From Paenimyroides ummariense (lineage in GTDB: Bacteria > Bacteroidota > Bacteroidia > Flavobacteriales > Flavobacteriaceae): 64,000 nucleotides of DNA. The position numbers were made by a program, and so were the translations under genes. Location: NCBI GenBank assembly GCA_040391585.1, contig JBEBXO010000002.1:26051-90050 (forward strand), written 5' to 3'. Below are positions 56,104 to 64,000 of this stretch, one piece after another. The notes beneath the pieces are model-generated. The model was not told the DNA's origin and did no database searches. It saw nothing but the letters and a program-made list of their open reading frames with translations. Positions within the stretch are counted from its first letter, which is position 1, and each line of letters opens with the position of its first letter.

Positions 56104-58221
56104 TTATTTAAACATTTTTCCGATGATTTGTCCAATTTCAGTATAATCACTAAAGTTGTTAATAGATCTTTTTTCCAATACATCTTCATCTTTTTCTGTA
56201 AAAGGATAAATAATCAGGTAATTAATGTCAGAAAACTGTTTGTTCAATGTATCCGGTAAGATATTTGTGAAACGCGAACGCCCAACTTCTCTGCGATCCA
56301 TCAACATAATTAAACCTTCGTTGTATTCAATATCTTTTGAAACACGTTCAATTTCTTTCCAACTATTTATTGTTTCAATTGTTGCTTCGATGTTTGCTTT
56401 TTGTAGAATTTTTTCCAACACTTTAACTGTTGATGCAAAAGCGTAAAACTCCATTACAGCACCACTGTTTCGGGCAATGTTCCAAACGCGTAACAAGGCA
56501 TAAAAGAAACCGGCTTGGGTTTCGGCATTGCGTGGAATAAATACCAAATGTCTTTTAATGGTAGATATAGGCTGTACTGCGTGGTATATTAGCAGGTTAC
56601 TTTGGGTATTGTGAACGTAACCGTTAAAAATGTTGTAGATAAGCGAGGGAGTAAACCCTTTTTCTGAATCAACCCCAATGATGAGGTCGGTAATGCGTTG
56701 CTCTTTAATTACATTTTTGATACCGTTTACTAAATCGCTGTCGTAACGTGTTATAGGCGTAAGTTTTACATCCATAGAGGCGGCGTTATTTACAGCAGCA
56801 TCAAGAAGTTTTTCGGCATTTTTAACTGATGATTCATTTTTTTCTTCGTTGATGATATTCAGTCCAAAGACGCCATCGGTATTCTGTTTACTTTTGATTA
56901 GCATGGAAAGGTTTACCATTTTTTCTACCATTTCCATATCATTCAAAGCCAGTAAGATGTTTTCTTCTTCGTGCGTGTCGCCGGAAACAGTATCTTCACT
57001 TTCAGCTTCGGCTATTTTCTTCGCATTTGCCATAGTTACAAACGATGAAATAGTACACGAAACCAAAATCAGCAAAATACTACCGTATAGCACGTGCTCA
57101 TTTAACAATCGGATTGGTTCTCCCAATTCATTTTCAGACAATACCACGTTGTATCCTACCATTACCGTTGCTAAAGTTGCAGCAGCAGAGGCAGAACTAA
57201 GTCCAAAAATAATTCCGCCTTCGGGTTTTGTAAACTTAAAGGTTTTTTGAGTAGCCATAGCAGCCAAGTATTTTCCACCGATCGAACAAGCGATCATTAC
57301 AAGTGCCACGATGATGGTATCCCAACTTTTAAAGAAGACAGAAAAATCGATAATCATTCCTACACTAATCAAGAAAAACGGAATGAATATAGCGTTACCT
57401 ACAAATTCGATTCGGTTCATTAACGAGGAGGTGTGCGGAATTAATCTGTTTAACGCTAATCCGGCAAGGAAGGCGCCAATAATAGCTTCAACCCCTGCTA
57501 ATTCAGCAAAGAGCGATGCCAAATAAATCATGACTAAAACAAAGATATACTGCGAAATTTTATCGTCGACCTTTTTAAAGAACCAACGCCCAATGATTGG
57601 GAAAATAAGCAAAACAACCAATCCAAAAACAACGACTGACACTCCTAATTTCAACCAAAATTCTTGTCCTACTTCACCCTGCGACATGCCCACTACCGCA
57701 GCTAAAACCAATAAAGCCAAAATATCGGTAATCATGGTTCCGCCTACTGTAACGTTGACCGATCTGTTTTTGGTGATACCGAATTTGCTCAATAACGGGT
57801 AAGCAATTAGCGTATGTGATGAAAACAAACTGGCAAATAATAACGAAGTTAATACATTGTAATTTAAAAGAAAATGCGCACAGACGTATCCCAAGATAAA
57901 TGGAAACAAGAAAGTGTATAAACCAAAGCCTAGACTTTTCCATTTGTTCTTTTTAAAATCGCCCATATCAATTTCTAAACCAGCCAAAAACATAATGTAC
58001 AGTAAACCGGTAGTGCCTGTAACTACTATATTGCTATCGCGCGCCAACACATTAAAACCATGCGGACCTATAACTGCACCTGCAATAATTAAACCTATTA
58101 AATGAGGTACTTTAATTTTGTTTAGCAACAGCGGTGCTGCCAAAATGATAATTAATAATATAAGGAATTTCAGTACCGGATCTTCAATCGGTAAACTGGT
58201 ATTTAAACTAAGTAACAACAT
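56104..58221 (-). CDS. cation:proton antiporter (CPA2) with C-terminal USP-like cytoplasmic domain
   Basis: About 12 TM Na_H_Exchanger region (GLIIAGAVIGP..., FLAGLEID) plus a ~280-aa soluble C-terminus. Paralog of 61519..63777. Confidence 0.75.
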   Translation of the reverse strand: MLLLSLNTSLPIEDPVLKFLILLIIILAAPLLLNKIKVPHLIGLIIAGAVIGPHGFNVLARDSNIVVTGTTGLLYIMFLAGLEIDMGDFKKNKWKSLGFGLYTFLFPFILGYVCAHFLLNYNVLTSLLFASLFSSHTLIAYPLLSKFGITKNRSVNVTVGGTMITDILALLVLAAVVGMSQGEVGQEFWLKLGVSVVVFGLVVLLIFPIIGRWFFKKVDDKISQYIFVLVMIYLASLFAELAGVEAIIGAFLAGLALNRLIPHTSSLMNRIEFVGNAIFIPFFLISVGMIIDFSVFFKSWDTIIVALVMIACSIGGKYLAAMATQKTFKFTKPEGGIIFGLSSASAAATLATVMVGYNVVLSENELGEPIRLLNEHVLYGSILLILVSCTISSFVTMANAKKIAEAESEDTVSGDTHEEENILLALNDMEMVEKMVNLSMLIKSKQNTDGVFGLNIINEEKNESSVKNAEKLLDAAVNNAASMDVKLTPITRYDSDLVNGIKNVIKEQRITDLIIGVDSEKGFTPSLIYNIFNGYVHNTQSNLLIYHAVQPISTIKRHLVFIPRNAETQAGFFYALLRVWNIARNSGAVMEFYAFASTVKVLEKILQKANIEATIETINSWKEIERVSKDIEYNEGLIMLMDRREVGRSRFTNILPDTLNKQFSDINYLIIYPFTEKDEDVLEKRSINNFSDYTEIGQIIGKMFK

Positions 58222-58228
58222 GGCTTTT

Positions 58229-58795
58229 CTATTGGTTTGTAATTTTGGTTAACTCTACCGTAAATTTCGCTGAGCATTTGCCATTTACGCTAACTGTTCG
58301 GTAACCATTCATTTTATTAGTCGATATTTCGTTTAAAGAAACATTCATATCAACAAATTTTTGAGCAGTGGTATCGGTTGCGAAGTGCAGCGTTATTTGG
58401 TTAGTATTGTATTTGCCTTTATACACCCTAATAGTATCTCTTTTGTTGTACACATTTACCAATAAATTCAACGAATCTTTAGTAAATTGCCATTGATCGG
58501 TACGAACATCGCCAATAACGTAATCGCTACAATTACTTTCAATACAAACTATACGGCTGTTCCAATTACCAGTTACTTCATTGGGCCAAACTGTTGTTTT
58601 TACTATACTGTCTTGGATTTTTAAGCTGTCTCTCATTTTTAGTAATGAAAGGTATTCGGCTTCTTTTGCCTGAAACATTTGTTCTCTACGATTCAAATCG
58701 GCTTCGCGTTGCATTAAATCCTTTTCCTTCGGATTTTCACAAGCATACAGCAACGATAAAACAGCGACAACAAATAATGTATTCTTTTTAAACAT
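58229..58795 (-). CDS. lipoprotein, unknown function
   Basis: Lipobox LLYAC and an N-terminal coiled-coil segment. Confidence 0.4.
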   Translation of the reverse strand: MFKKNTLFVVAVLSLLYACENPKEKDLMQREADLNRREQMFQAKEAEYLSLLKMRDSLKIQDSIVKTTVWPNEVTGNWNSRIVCIESNCSDYVIGDVRTDQWQFTKDSLNLLVNVYNKRDTIRVYKGKYNTNQITLHFATDTTAQKFVDMNVSLNEISTNKMNGYRTVSVNGKCSAKFTVELTKITNQ

Positions 58796-58932
58796 ATATT
58801 TATAACAATTTTTACGTAAATATATAAAATTAAAAATAAAAATGTAAGTATATGTGTTGTAAAGTACCTTCAGATAAGCTTTCTGATGTATTTTGGCTTA
58901 CTTTTTGTATTGGCAAAAGAAAATATAACATT

Positions 58933-59571
58933 ATGAGAAACATACTACTTTTAGCTACTTTTTTATTTGCGCAAATTACTTTGGCTCAATCACAACAAAA
59001 TGATTTAGCTTTTACAGCTAAAGCTATTGTTTTACCGCTTTTTAGCGATAACCGATTGGGTGCCGAAGTTGGTTTAAGATATTATATTACCGACGGTTTT
59101 TCTGTAGGAAACAACTATTTGTACACAAACAATAGTTTTAAACATGGTTTTGGATATGATACAAACAGAACATTAATGCATTATTTAGGCATAAACATTC
59201 CTTTGCAGTACGACGTGGTTAATAAAGATAAGTTTCAAGTAGGAATGGGTGTTTCACCAGGACTTGCCATAAGTACTTTGCGCGATAAAACCCGAATGAA
59301 AGAAGAAGAATATTACGATGAAGAAACGGGTGTTACTACTGTTATAAGCACGCCTGTTCGGTTAAATCGTGATGCTTATTTTACATTGACACCAAATATA
59401 GATTTTTCGGTAAAAATAGCAAATCTAGAAACCAAAAGTAATACCAATTTATATGTTACCGGCAATGCAGGTTATCAGTTTGCTTTTGGCAAAGGCGATT
59501 TTACAAAACCAAGCGATTTTAGAAATTATGTTATATCTTTAGGCTTTACAATAAAAGGAGCATTAGATTAA
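58933..59571 (+). CDS. outer membrane beta-barrel protein
   Basis: Signal peptide after ATG 58933 (MRNILLLATFLFAQITLAQ) and alternating beta pattern. Confidence 0.45.
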   Translation: MRNILLLATFLFAQITLAQSQQNDLAFTAKAIVLPLFSDNRLGAEVGLRYYITDGFSVGNNYLYTNNSFKHGFGYDTNRTLMHYLGINIPLQYDVVNKDKFQVGMGVSPGLAISTLRDKTRMKEEEYYDEETGVTTVISTPVRLNRDAYFTLTPNIDFSVKIANLETKSNTNLYVTGNAGYQFAFGKGDFTKPSDFRNYVISLGFTIKGALD

Positions 59572-59573
59572 TT

Positions 59574-59993
59574 ATGAAAAATTCAAAATCATTAGTAATT
59601 GTATTTGCAGCCATTGCAATTTTGGTTGTGGTGTTAATGGTTGGTTTGCCGGTTTATAATGTTTGGCAACAAGAAATGGCTGGTAAGGCAGAAATGGCAA
59701 AGGCAGAACAAAACCGTAAAATTTTAATAGAAGAAGCAAAGGCTCGCTTGGAAGCCGAAAAATTAAACGCACAAGCCGAAGTGGAGCGTGCACGAGGAAT
59801 GGCAGAAGCTATGAAGTTAGAAAACGGAACTTTGAATACAACTTATAATCAGTATTTGTTTATTAGAACGTTAGAAAAATTGGCTGATAAAGGCGATTTA
59901 CCGCAAATTATCTATATGCCTTCAGAAGGCTTGGTTCCGGTAATGGATGCAAGCACAAAAGCACCTGCTAAACCAATTGTTGTAAATAACTAA
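59574..59993 (+). CDS. single-pass membrane protein with coiled-coil (SPFH/prohibitin-tail-like)
   Basis: N-terminal TM and an EAKARLEAEKLNAQAEVERARG coiled coil. Separated by 2 nt from the upstream gene and overlaps the downstream one. Confidence 0.35.
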   Translation: MKNSKSLVIVFAAIAILVVVLMVGLPVYNVWQQEMAGKAEMAKAEQNRKILIEEAKARLEAEKLNAQAEVERARGMAEAMKLENGTLNTTYNQYLFIRTLEKLADKGDLPQIIYMPSEGLVPVMDASTKAPAKPIVVNN

Positions 59994-60703
59994 TGGGTTT
60001 TAAAGATTATATTATTTTATTGCTGATTGTTGCTGTGGCATATTTCTGGTTCAGAATGCGTAAGTATCAACAAATGATTGATGATTTTCATAAATCAACC
60101 GGTTATATGGAGCGCAAATATGAAAATATTGAGTTAGAAAATATCGATACCCGCTTAAATCAGCATCTTTTTAAAAATGTACTTAATTCTATACAATCAC
60201 ATGTGTATCAATCGTACTATACCATTGAAAAATTATCAAATGTGTTAGATTATGTGTTGTATAAAACCCCGAAACAGCTGGTGTCACCGCGAGATGAAAT
60301 TGATTTTATTAAAAATTTAATCGAAATAAATAAAATAAAGTTAAGTCCGCTTTTTGATTTGCGAACCAAGATTTTAATAGATGAGCGCGATACGTTTTTA
60401 GAACGAAAAGTAATAGCACCGTTGGTAGCGATCGATCTAATTGAAAACGCCTTTAAACATGCCGATACACAAAACAGCGATTCTTTTATTTCTATTGTTG
60501 TAGAACTTAATAATGGGTATTTTACACTGTCGGTATCCAACAAAATATCAGTAAAAACACCCTTACCTAAAGAAAGTAGTGGTATTGGTGTAAGTAGTTT
60601 AGAAAAAAGATTAAAGCATCTTTATAAAGATCGCTATAAATTACATAAAGGGATACATGATAATGTTTACTCTGTATCGCTAAAAATTAAATTAGAAGAA
60701 TAA
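59993..60703 (+). CDS. LytS/YehU-type sensor histidine kinase (His_kinase family)
   Basis: One TM. The NQHLFKNVLNSIQS motif (HxLFNxLN type phospho-acceptor box) and an HATPase-like C-terminus (ENAFKH...SGIGV). Confidence 0.7.
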   Translation: MGFKDYIILLLIVAVAYFWFRMRKYQQMIDDFHKSTGYMERKYENIELENIDTRLNQHLFKNVLNSIQSHVYQSYYTIEKLSNVLDYVLYKTPKQLVSPRDEIDFIKNLIEINKIKLSPLFDLRTKILIDERDTFLERKVIAPLVAIDLIENAFKHADTQNSDSFISIVVELNNGYFTLSVSNKISVKTPLPKESSGIGVSSLEKRLKHLYKDRYKLHKGIHDNVYSVSLKIKLEE

Positions 60704-61404
60704 TGCTGCGCTGTATATTATTAGATGACGAACTACTGGCATTGCAATATTTAAAGTTGCTTTGTGAACAGATTAGTGGGGTAGAAGTTGTGAAAGCGTA
60801 CAATGATGCCGAAAAATTTATACGGGAAAAAGACCAACTTGATTTTGATGTTTGTGTTTCCGATATCGAGATGCCATCTATAAACGGTTTGCAGATTGCT
60901 AATTTATTATCAGATAAGCATATTGTTTTTACCACAGCCTATCGCGATTTTGCTGTAGAGGCTTTTGATTTAGATGCGGTTGATTATATAACAAAACCAG
61001 TTCAGAAAGATCGGTTAGAAAAAGCTTTTCGCAAAATTGAAAAGTTATCGAAAGATATCAAACCAGTTTCAGATTTTGTTACGTTGAATTCCGATAAGGG
61101 CAAAAGCATTATTAATACCAACGATGTTTTTTACATAACGGTTTCTGATGTTGACAGTCGTGATAAAATCATTCATTTTAAAGATGAAACCACACTTTTA
61201 ATTAAAAACAATTCGTTTGAAAGACTGAAAAAAATGTTGCCAACAGGAAAATTTTCTCGTATAAATAAACGTGAAGTTATTGCTATGAACTGCGTAAACT
61301 ATTATTCGCACGATGAAATTGTTTCTAAAATTTTAATCGACAATAAACCCAAAACTTTTACCATAGGTATTAATTTCAGGAATGAATTTTTAATGTTGCT
61401 GTAA
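60703..61404 (+). CDS. LytTR family response regulator
   Basis: Receiver domain (LLDDE..., D at SDIEMP) plus a LytTR DNA-binding C-terminus (FSRINKREVIAMN). 1-nt overlap with the kinase. Confidence 0.8.
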   Translation: MLRCILLDDELLALQYLKLLCEQISGVEVVKAYNDAEKFIREKDQLDFDVCVSDIEMPSINGLQIANLLSDKHIVFTTAYRDFAVEAFDLDAVDYITKPVQKDRLEKAFRKIEKLSKDIKPVSDFVTLNSDKGKSIINTNDVFYITVSDVDSRDKIIHFKDETTLLIKNNSFERLKKMLPTGKFSRINKREVIAMNCVNYYSHDEIVSKILIDNKPKTFTIGINFRNEFLMLL

Positions 61405-61518
61405 AATCTTTATTACAGTTTTTTTTTAGTTTGTTACATTAAACATAGGTTATTTTACACAACTGTTTTACAGTTGCGCAAGGTTTTACATTTTTGTGTA
61501 AAATTTAAATAACACATA

Positions 61519-63777
61519 ATGCGCAAGTACAAAAATTCTATTTTTTATATAGCTGTAATGGTTGTTTTTTCTTTTATCATGTATATTACAGTGAACAAGG
61601 GAAAATACCTTGAAGTAGATGTTGTAAGTGTGGCTTCGGACAAAAACGATTGGCAGGAATTTTTAAGTTCTTTTATGAACAATCTGCATCATCCGTTGGC
61701 ATTACTCCTTATGCAGATTATAGCCATAGTAATTGCGGCTCGTTTCTTTGGTTGGTTATTCAATAAAATAGGTCAGCCCGCAGTAATTGGTGAAATCATT
61801 GCAGGTATTGTATTAGGTCCTTCTTTATTTGGAATGTATTTTCCGGAAGCTTCAGCTATATTATTTCCGGTAGAATCATTAGGTAATTTACAACTTTTAA
61901 GTCAGGTTGGATTGATTCTCTTTATGTTTGTGATCGGGATGGAGCTCGATCTGAAAGTTCTTAAAACAAAGGCACACGAAGCAGTTGTAATCAGTCATGC
62001 AAGTATCATTATTCCGTTTGCTTTGGGAATGGTTTTCGCTTATTATACCTACACACAATACGCCCCAGACGGAATCAACTTTTTATCGTTTGCCCTTTTT
62101 ATGGGAATTGCTATGAGTATTACGGCGTTTCCAGTGTTGGCACGTATTGTTCAAGAGCGGGGAATACAAAAAACAAAACTGGGAACGGTGGTATTAACAG
62201 CCGCAGCTGCAGACGATATTACAGCTTGGTGTATATTGGCAGTTGTAATTGCTATTGTAAAAGCAGGTTCGTTTGTAAGTGCTTTATATGTAATTGCGTT
62301 GTCGGTACTGTATGTGCTGGTAATGTTAAGATTGGTTCGTCCTTTTTTACGTCACATAGGTAATTTAAATTCAAACAACAAAACATTAAGTAAGCCTGTT
62401 GTTGCAATATTTTTAGTAGTTTTAATTTTATCATCATATCTTACCGAAATTATTGGGATTCATGCTTTGTTTGGTGCGTTTATGGCAGGAGCAATTATGC
62501 CAGATAATCATAAATTCCGTCACATATTTGTAGAAAAGGTAGAAGACGTAGCCGTTATTTTATTCTTGCCGTTGTTTTTTGTGTTTACAGGTTTGCGAAC
62601 AGAAATTGGTTTGTTGAACGATATTGAATTATGGAAAATGACCGGAATTATTATTCTTGTTGCCGTAACAGGAAAATTTATTGGTAGTGCTGCCGCAGCC
62701 AAATACGTAGGTCAAAGTTCGAAAGACAGTTTAACCATTGGCGCTTTAATGAACACTCGCGGATTAATGGAACTGGTTGCCTTGAATATTGGTTACGAAT
62801 TAGGTGTTTTAACGCCCGAAGTTTTCGCAATGATGGTAATTATGGCATTGTTAACTACTTTTATGACTGGGCCAATTCTAGATTTCCTAAATAAGGTTTT
62901 TAAGGATAAAAACCCAAATGCCGAAGAAATTTTAAATGAAACCAAGTTTAAAATCCTTTTTTATTTTGAACGAATTACCACCGGAAAAAATTTATTAAAA
63001 ATTGCCAATACCTTTACCAAGAATCAGCAAGAACATTCGGTGGTTACTGCGCTACATTTGGTAAACAGTAGTGATGTTGATTTAATGGATAAAAAGTACG
63101 AAGAAAAAGTATTTACACCAATAGAAGAAGAAGCGCATAAAATCAACCAGAAATTAATTAATCTTTATAAAGTTTCTTACGATGTAAATTCAGAAATTGT
63201 TGATGTTGCCCACAAGGGCAATTACGATTTAATTTTAATGGAACTGGGTTCGTCTATTTACGATGGAACTATTCTTGGAAGATTGTTAGGATTTACAACA
63301 CGTATTGTGAATCCCGAAATTATTGTTGATAAAGTAACGGGTAAAGAAAAATTCTTTGATTATTCTCCGTTCGATGACCAAACGCGTTACGTAATCACTA
63401 ATTCTAAAATTCCGGTCGGGATTTTTATCGACAAAAATCTAGAGGAGGTTAACAAGATCTTTGTTCCTTTTTTTCATGAAAGCGATAAAAAATTAATTCC
63501 CTTTATATTAAAGTTTATTCAGAACAATAATTCGCAAATTGTGATAATGGATATAAAAGGACATTTAAAAACCAATACCTTTATTAAAGAAGAAATTAGA
63601 TTGATAGAGCAAGCAAAGCCACATCATATTTCAGTATTGTCTGATACAGAAATCGATTTGAATTTAATCCAACAGCAGGATCTTATTCTTACAACTGTAA
63701 AATCGTGGCGTAACATGATCGATAAAAAATACAACTGGTTAAAAAATACCACATCGTTATTATTAATCAAGCCTTGA
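61519..63777 (+). CDS. cation:proton antiporter (CPA2) with C-terminal USP-like domain
   Basis: Na_H_Exchanger core (GEIIAGIVLGPS..., FVIGMELD) and a long cytoplasmic C-terminus. Confidence 0.75.
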   Translation: MRKYKNSIFYIAVMVVFSFIMYITVNKGKYLEVDVVSVASDKNDWQEFLSSFMNNLHHPLALLLMQIIAIVIAARFFGWLFNKIGQPAVIGEIIAGIVLGPSLFGMYFPEASAILFPVESLGNLQLLSQVGLILFMFVIGMELDLKVLKTKAHEAVVISHASIIIPFALGMVFAYYTYTQYAPDGINFLSFALFMGIAMSITAFPVLARIVQERGIQKTKLGTVVLTAAAADDITAWCILAVVIAIVKAGSFVSALYVIALSVLYVLVMLRLVRPFLRHIGNLNSNNKTLSKPVVAIFLVVLILSSYLTEIIGIHALFGAFMAGAIMPDNHKFRHIFVEKVEDVAVILFLPLFFVFTGLRTEIGLLNDIELWKMTGIIILVAVTGKFIGSAAAAKYVGQSSKDSLTIGALMNTRGLMELVALNIGYELGVLTPEVFAMMVIMALLTTFMTGPILDFLNKVFKDKNPNAEEILNETKFKILFYFERITTGKNLLKIANTFTKNQQEHSVVTALHLVNSSDVDLMDKKYEEKVFTPIEEEAHKINQKLINLYKVSYDVNSEIVDVAHKGNYDLILMELGSSIYDGTILGRLLGFTTRIVNPEIIVDKVTGKEKFFDYSPFDDQTRYVITNSKIPVGIFIDKNLEEVNKIFVPFFHESDKKLIPFILKFIQNNNSQIVIMDIKGHLKTNTFIKEEIRLIEQAKPHHISVLSDTEIDLNLIQQQDLILTTVKSWRNMIDKKYNWLKNTTSLLLIKP

Positions 63778-63810
63778 AATAATACAACCAATCAATACTA
63801 TTAAAATAAC

Positions 63811-63839
63811 GAAGCAGCACATAAGTGCTGCTTTTTTTA
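63811..63839. terminator. bidirectional terminator
   Basis: aagcagcac / gtgctgctt stem with flanking A and T runs, between convergent genes. Confidence 0.7.
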
Positions 63840-64000
63840 TTTTTTAAGTTTTACAACAAATGCATCAGGATATTTTGCTGCAACTTTCTTAAGCAAGTGT
63901 TCAGCTTCTATTTTATTTTTATAATTACCAACTACTAATTTAAATTTTGGGTTCGCAAAAATAATAGTAGCGTCAATTTCGGGATGTTGTGTTGTAAAAT
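63837..64000 (-). CDS. SPOR-like domain protein, C-terminal fragment (runs off the window)
   Basis: The minus-strand frame reads ...ATIIFANPKFKLVVGNYKNKIEAEHLLKKVAAKYPDAFVVKLKK*. This is a SPOR-like beta-alpha-beta pattern. Confidence 0.45.
   Translation of the reverse strand, partial: FTTQHPEIDATIIFANPKFKLVVGNYKNKIEAEHLLKKVAAKYPDAFVVKLKK

Overview
Low-GC Bacteroidota (Flavobacteriaceae-like) chromosomal segment. The assignment rests on TAnnTTTG-type promoters, a T9SS C-terminal sorting domain and the gldD-gldE-ssb-mutY block. Most of the window is housekeeping: miaE, M20 dipeptidase, tRNA-Leu(TAG), an AsmA-like protein, gldD/gldE, ssb, mutY, HU, RNase G, tadA, dxs, rpoN, asnS, frr, pyrH, truB, uppP, ftsX and leuS. 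These are interspersed with outer-membrane beta-barrel and OmpA-family proteins, two two-component systems (OmpR-type and LytS/LytTR) and two paralogous CPA2 antiporters. An accessory islet at about 37.8-42.8 kb carries a RelE/ParE toxin-antitoxin cassette, a YqiA-like esterase and a subclass B1 metallo-beta-lactamase. The most notable signals lie outside the ORF track. (1) A MITE-like family of about 285 bp has 16-bp terminal inverted repeats and 8-bp target-site duplications. Two intact copies sit in inverted orientation around a 22.7-kb core-gene block. (2) An IS110-family DEDD recombinase element has a long non-coding, structured 5' leader (bridge-RNA candidate) and is embedded in degenerate copies of that same repeat family. 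(3) The toxin-antitoxin cassette is bracketed by ~100-bp direct repeats, which are a duplicated 3' end of the neighbouring esterase gene. (4) A second RelE/ParE toxin is inactivated by one in-frame TAA. (5) An untracked 30-codon Lys/Arg-rich ORF resembles ribosomal peptide bS22. (6) An in-frame heptamer-repeat insertion sits in leuS. No CRISPR array or rRNA was seen. IS boundaries and all functional assignments are made by eye from motifs and need computational confirmation.
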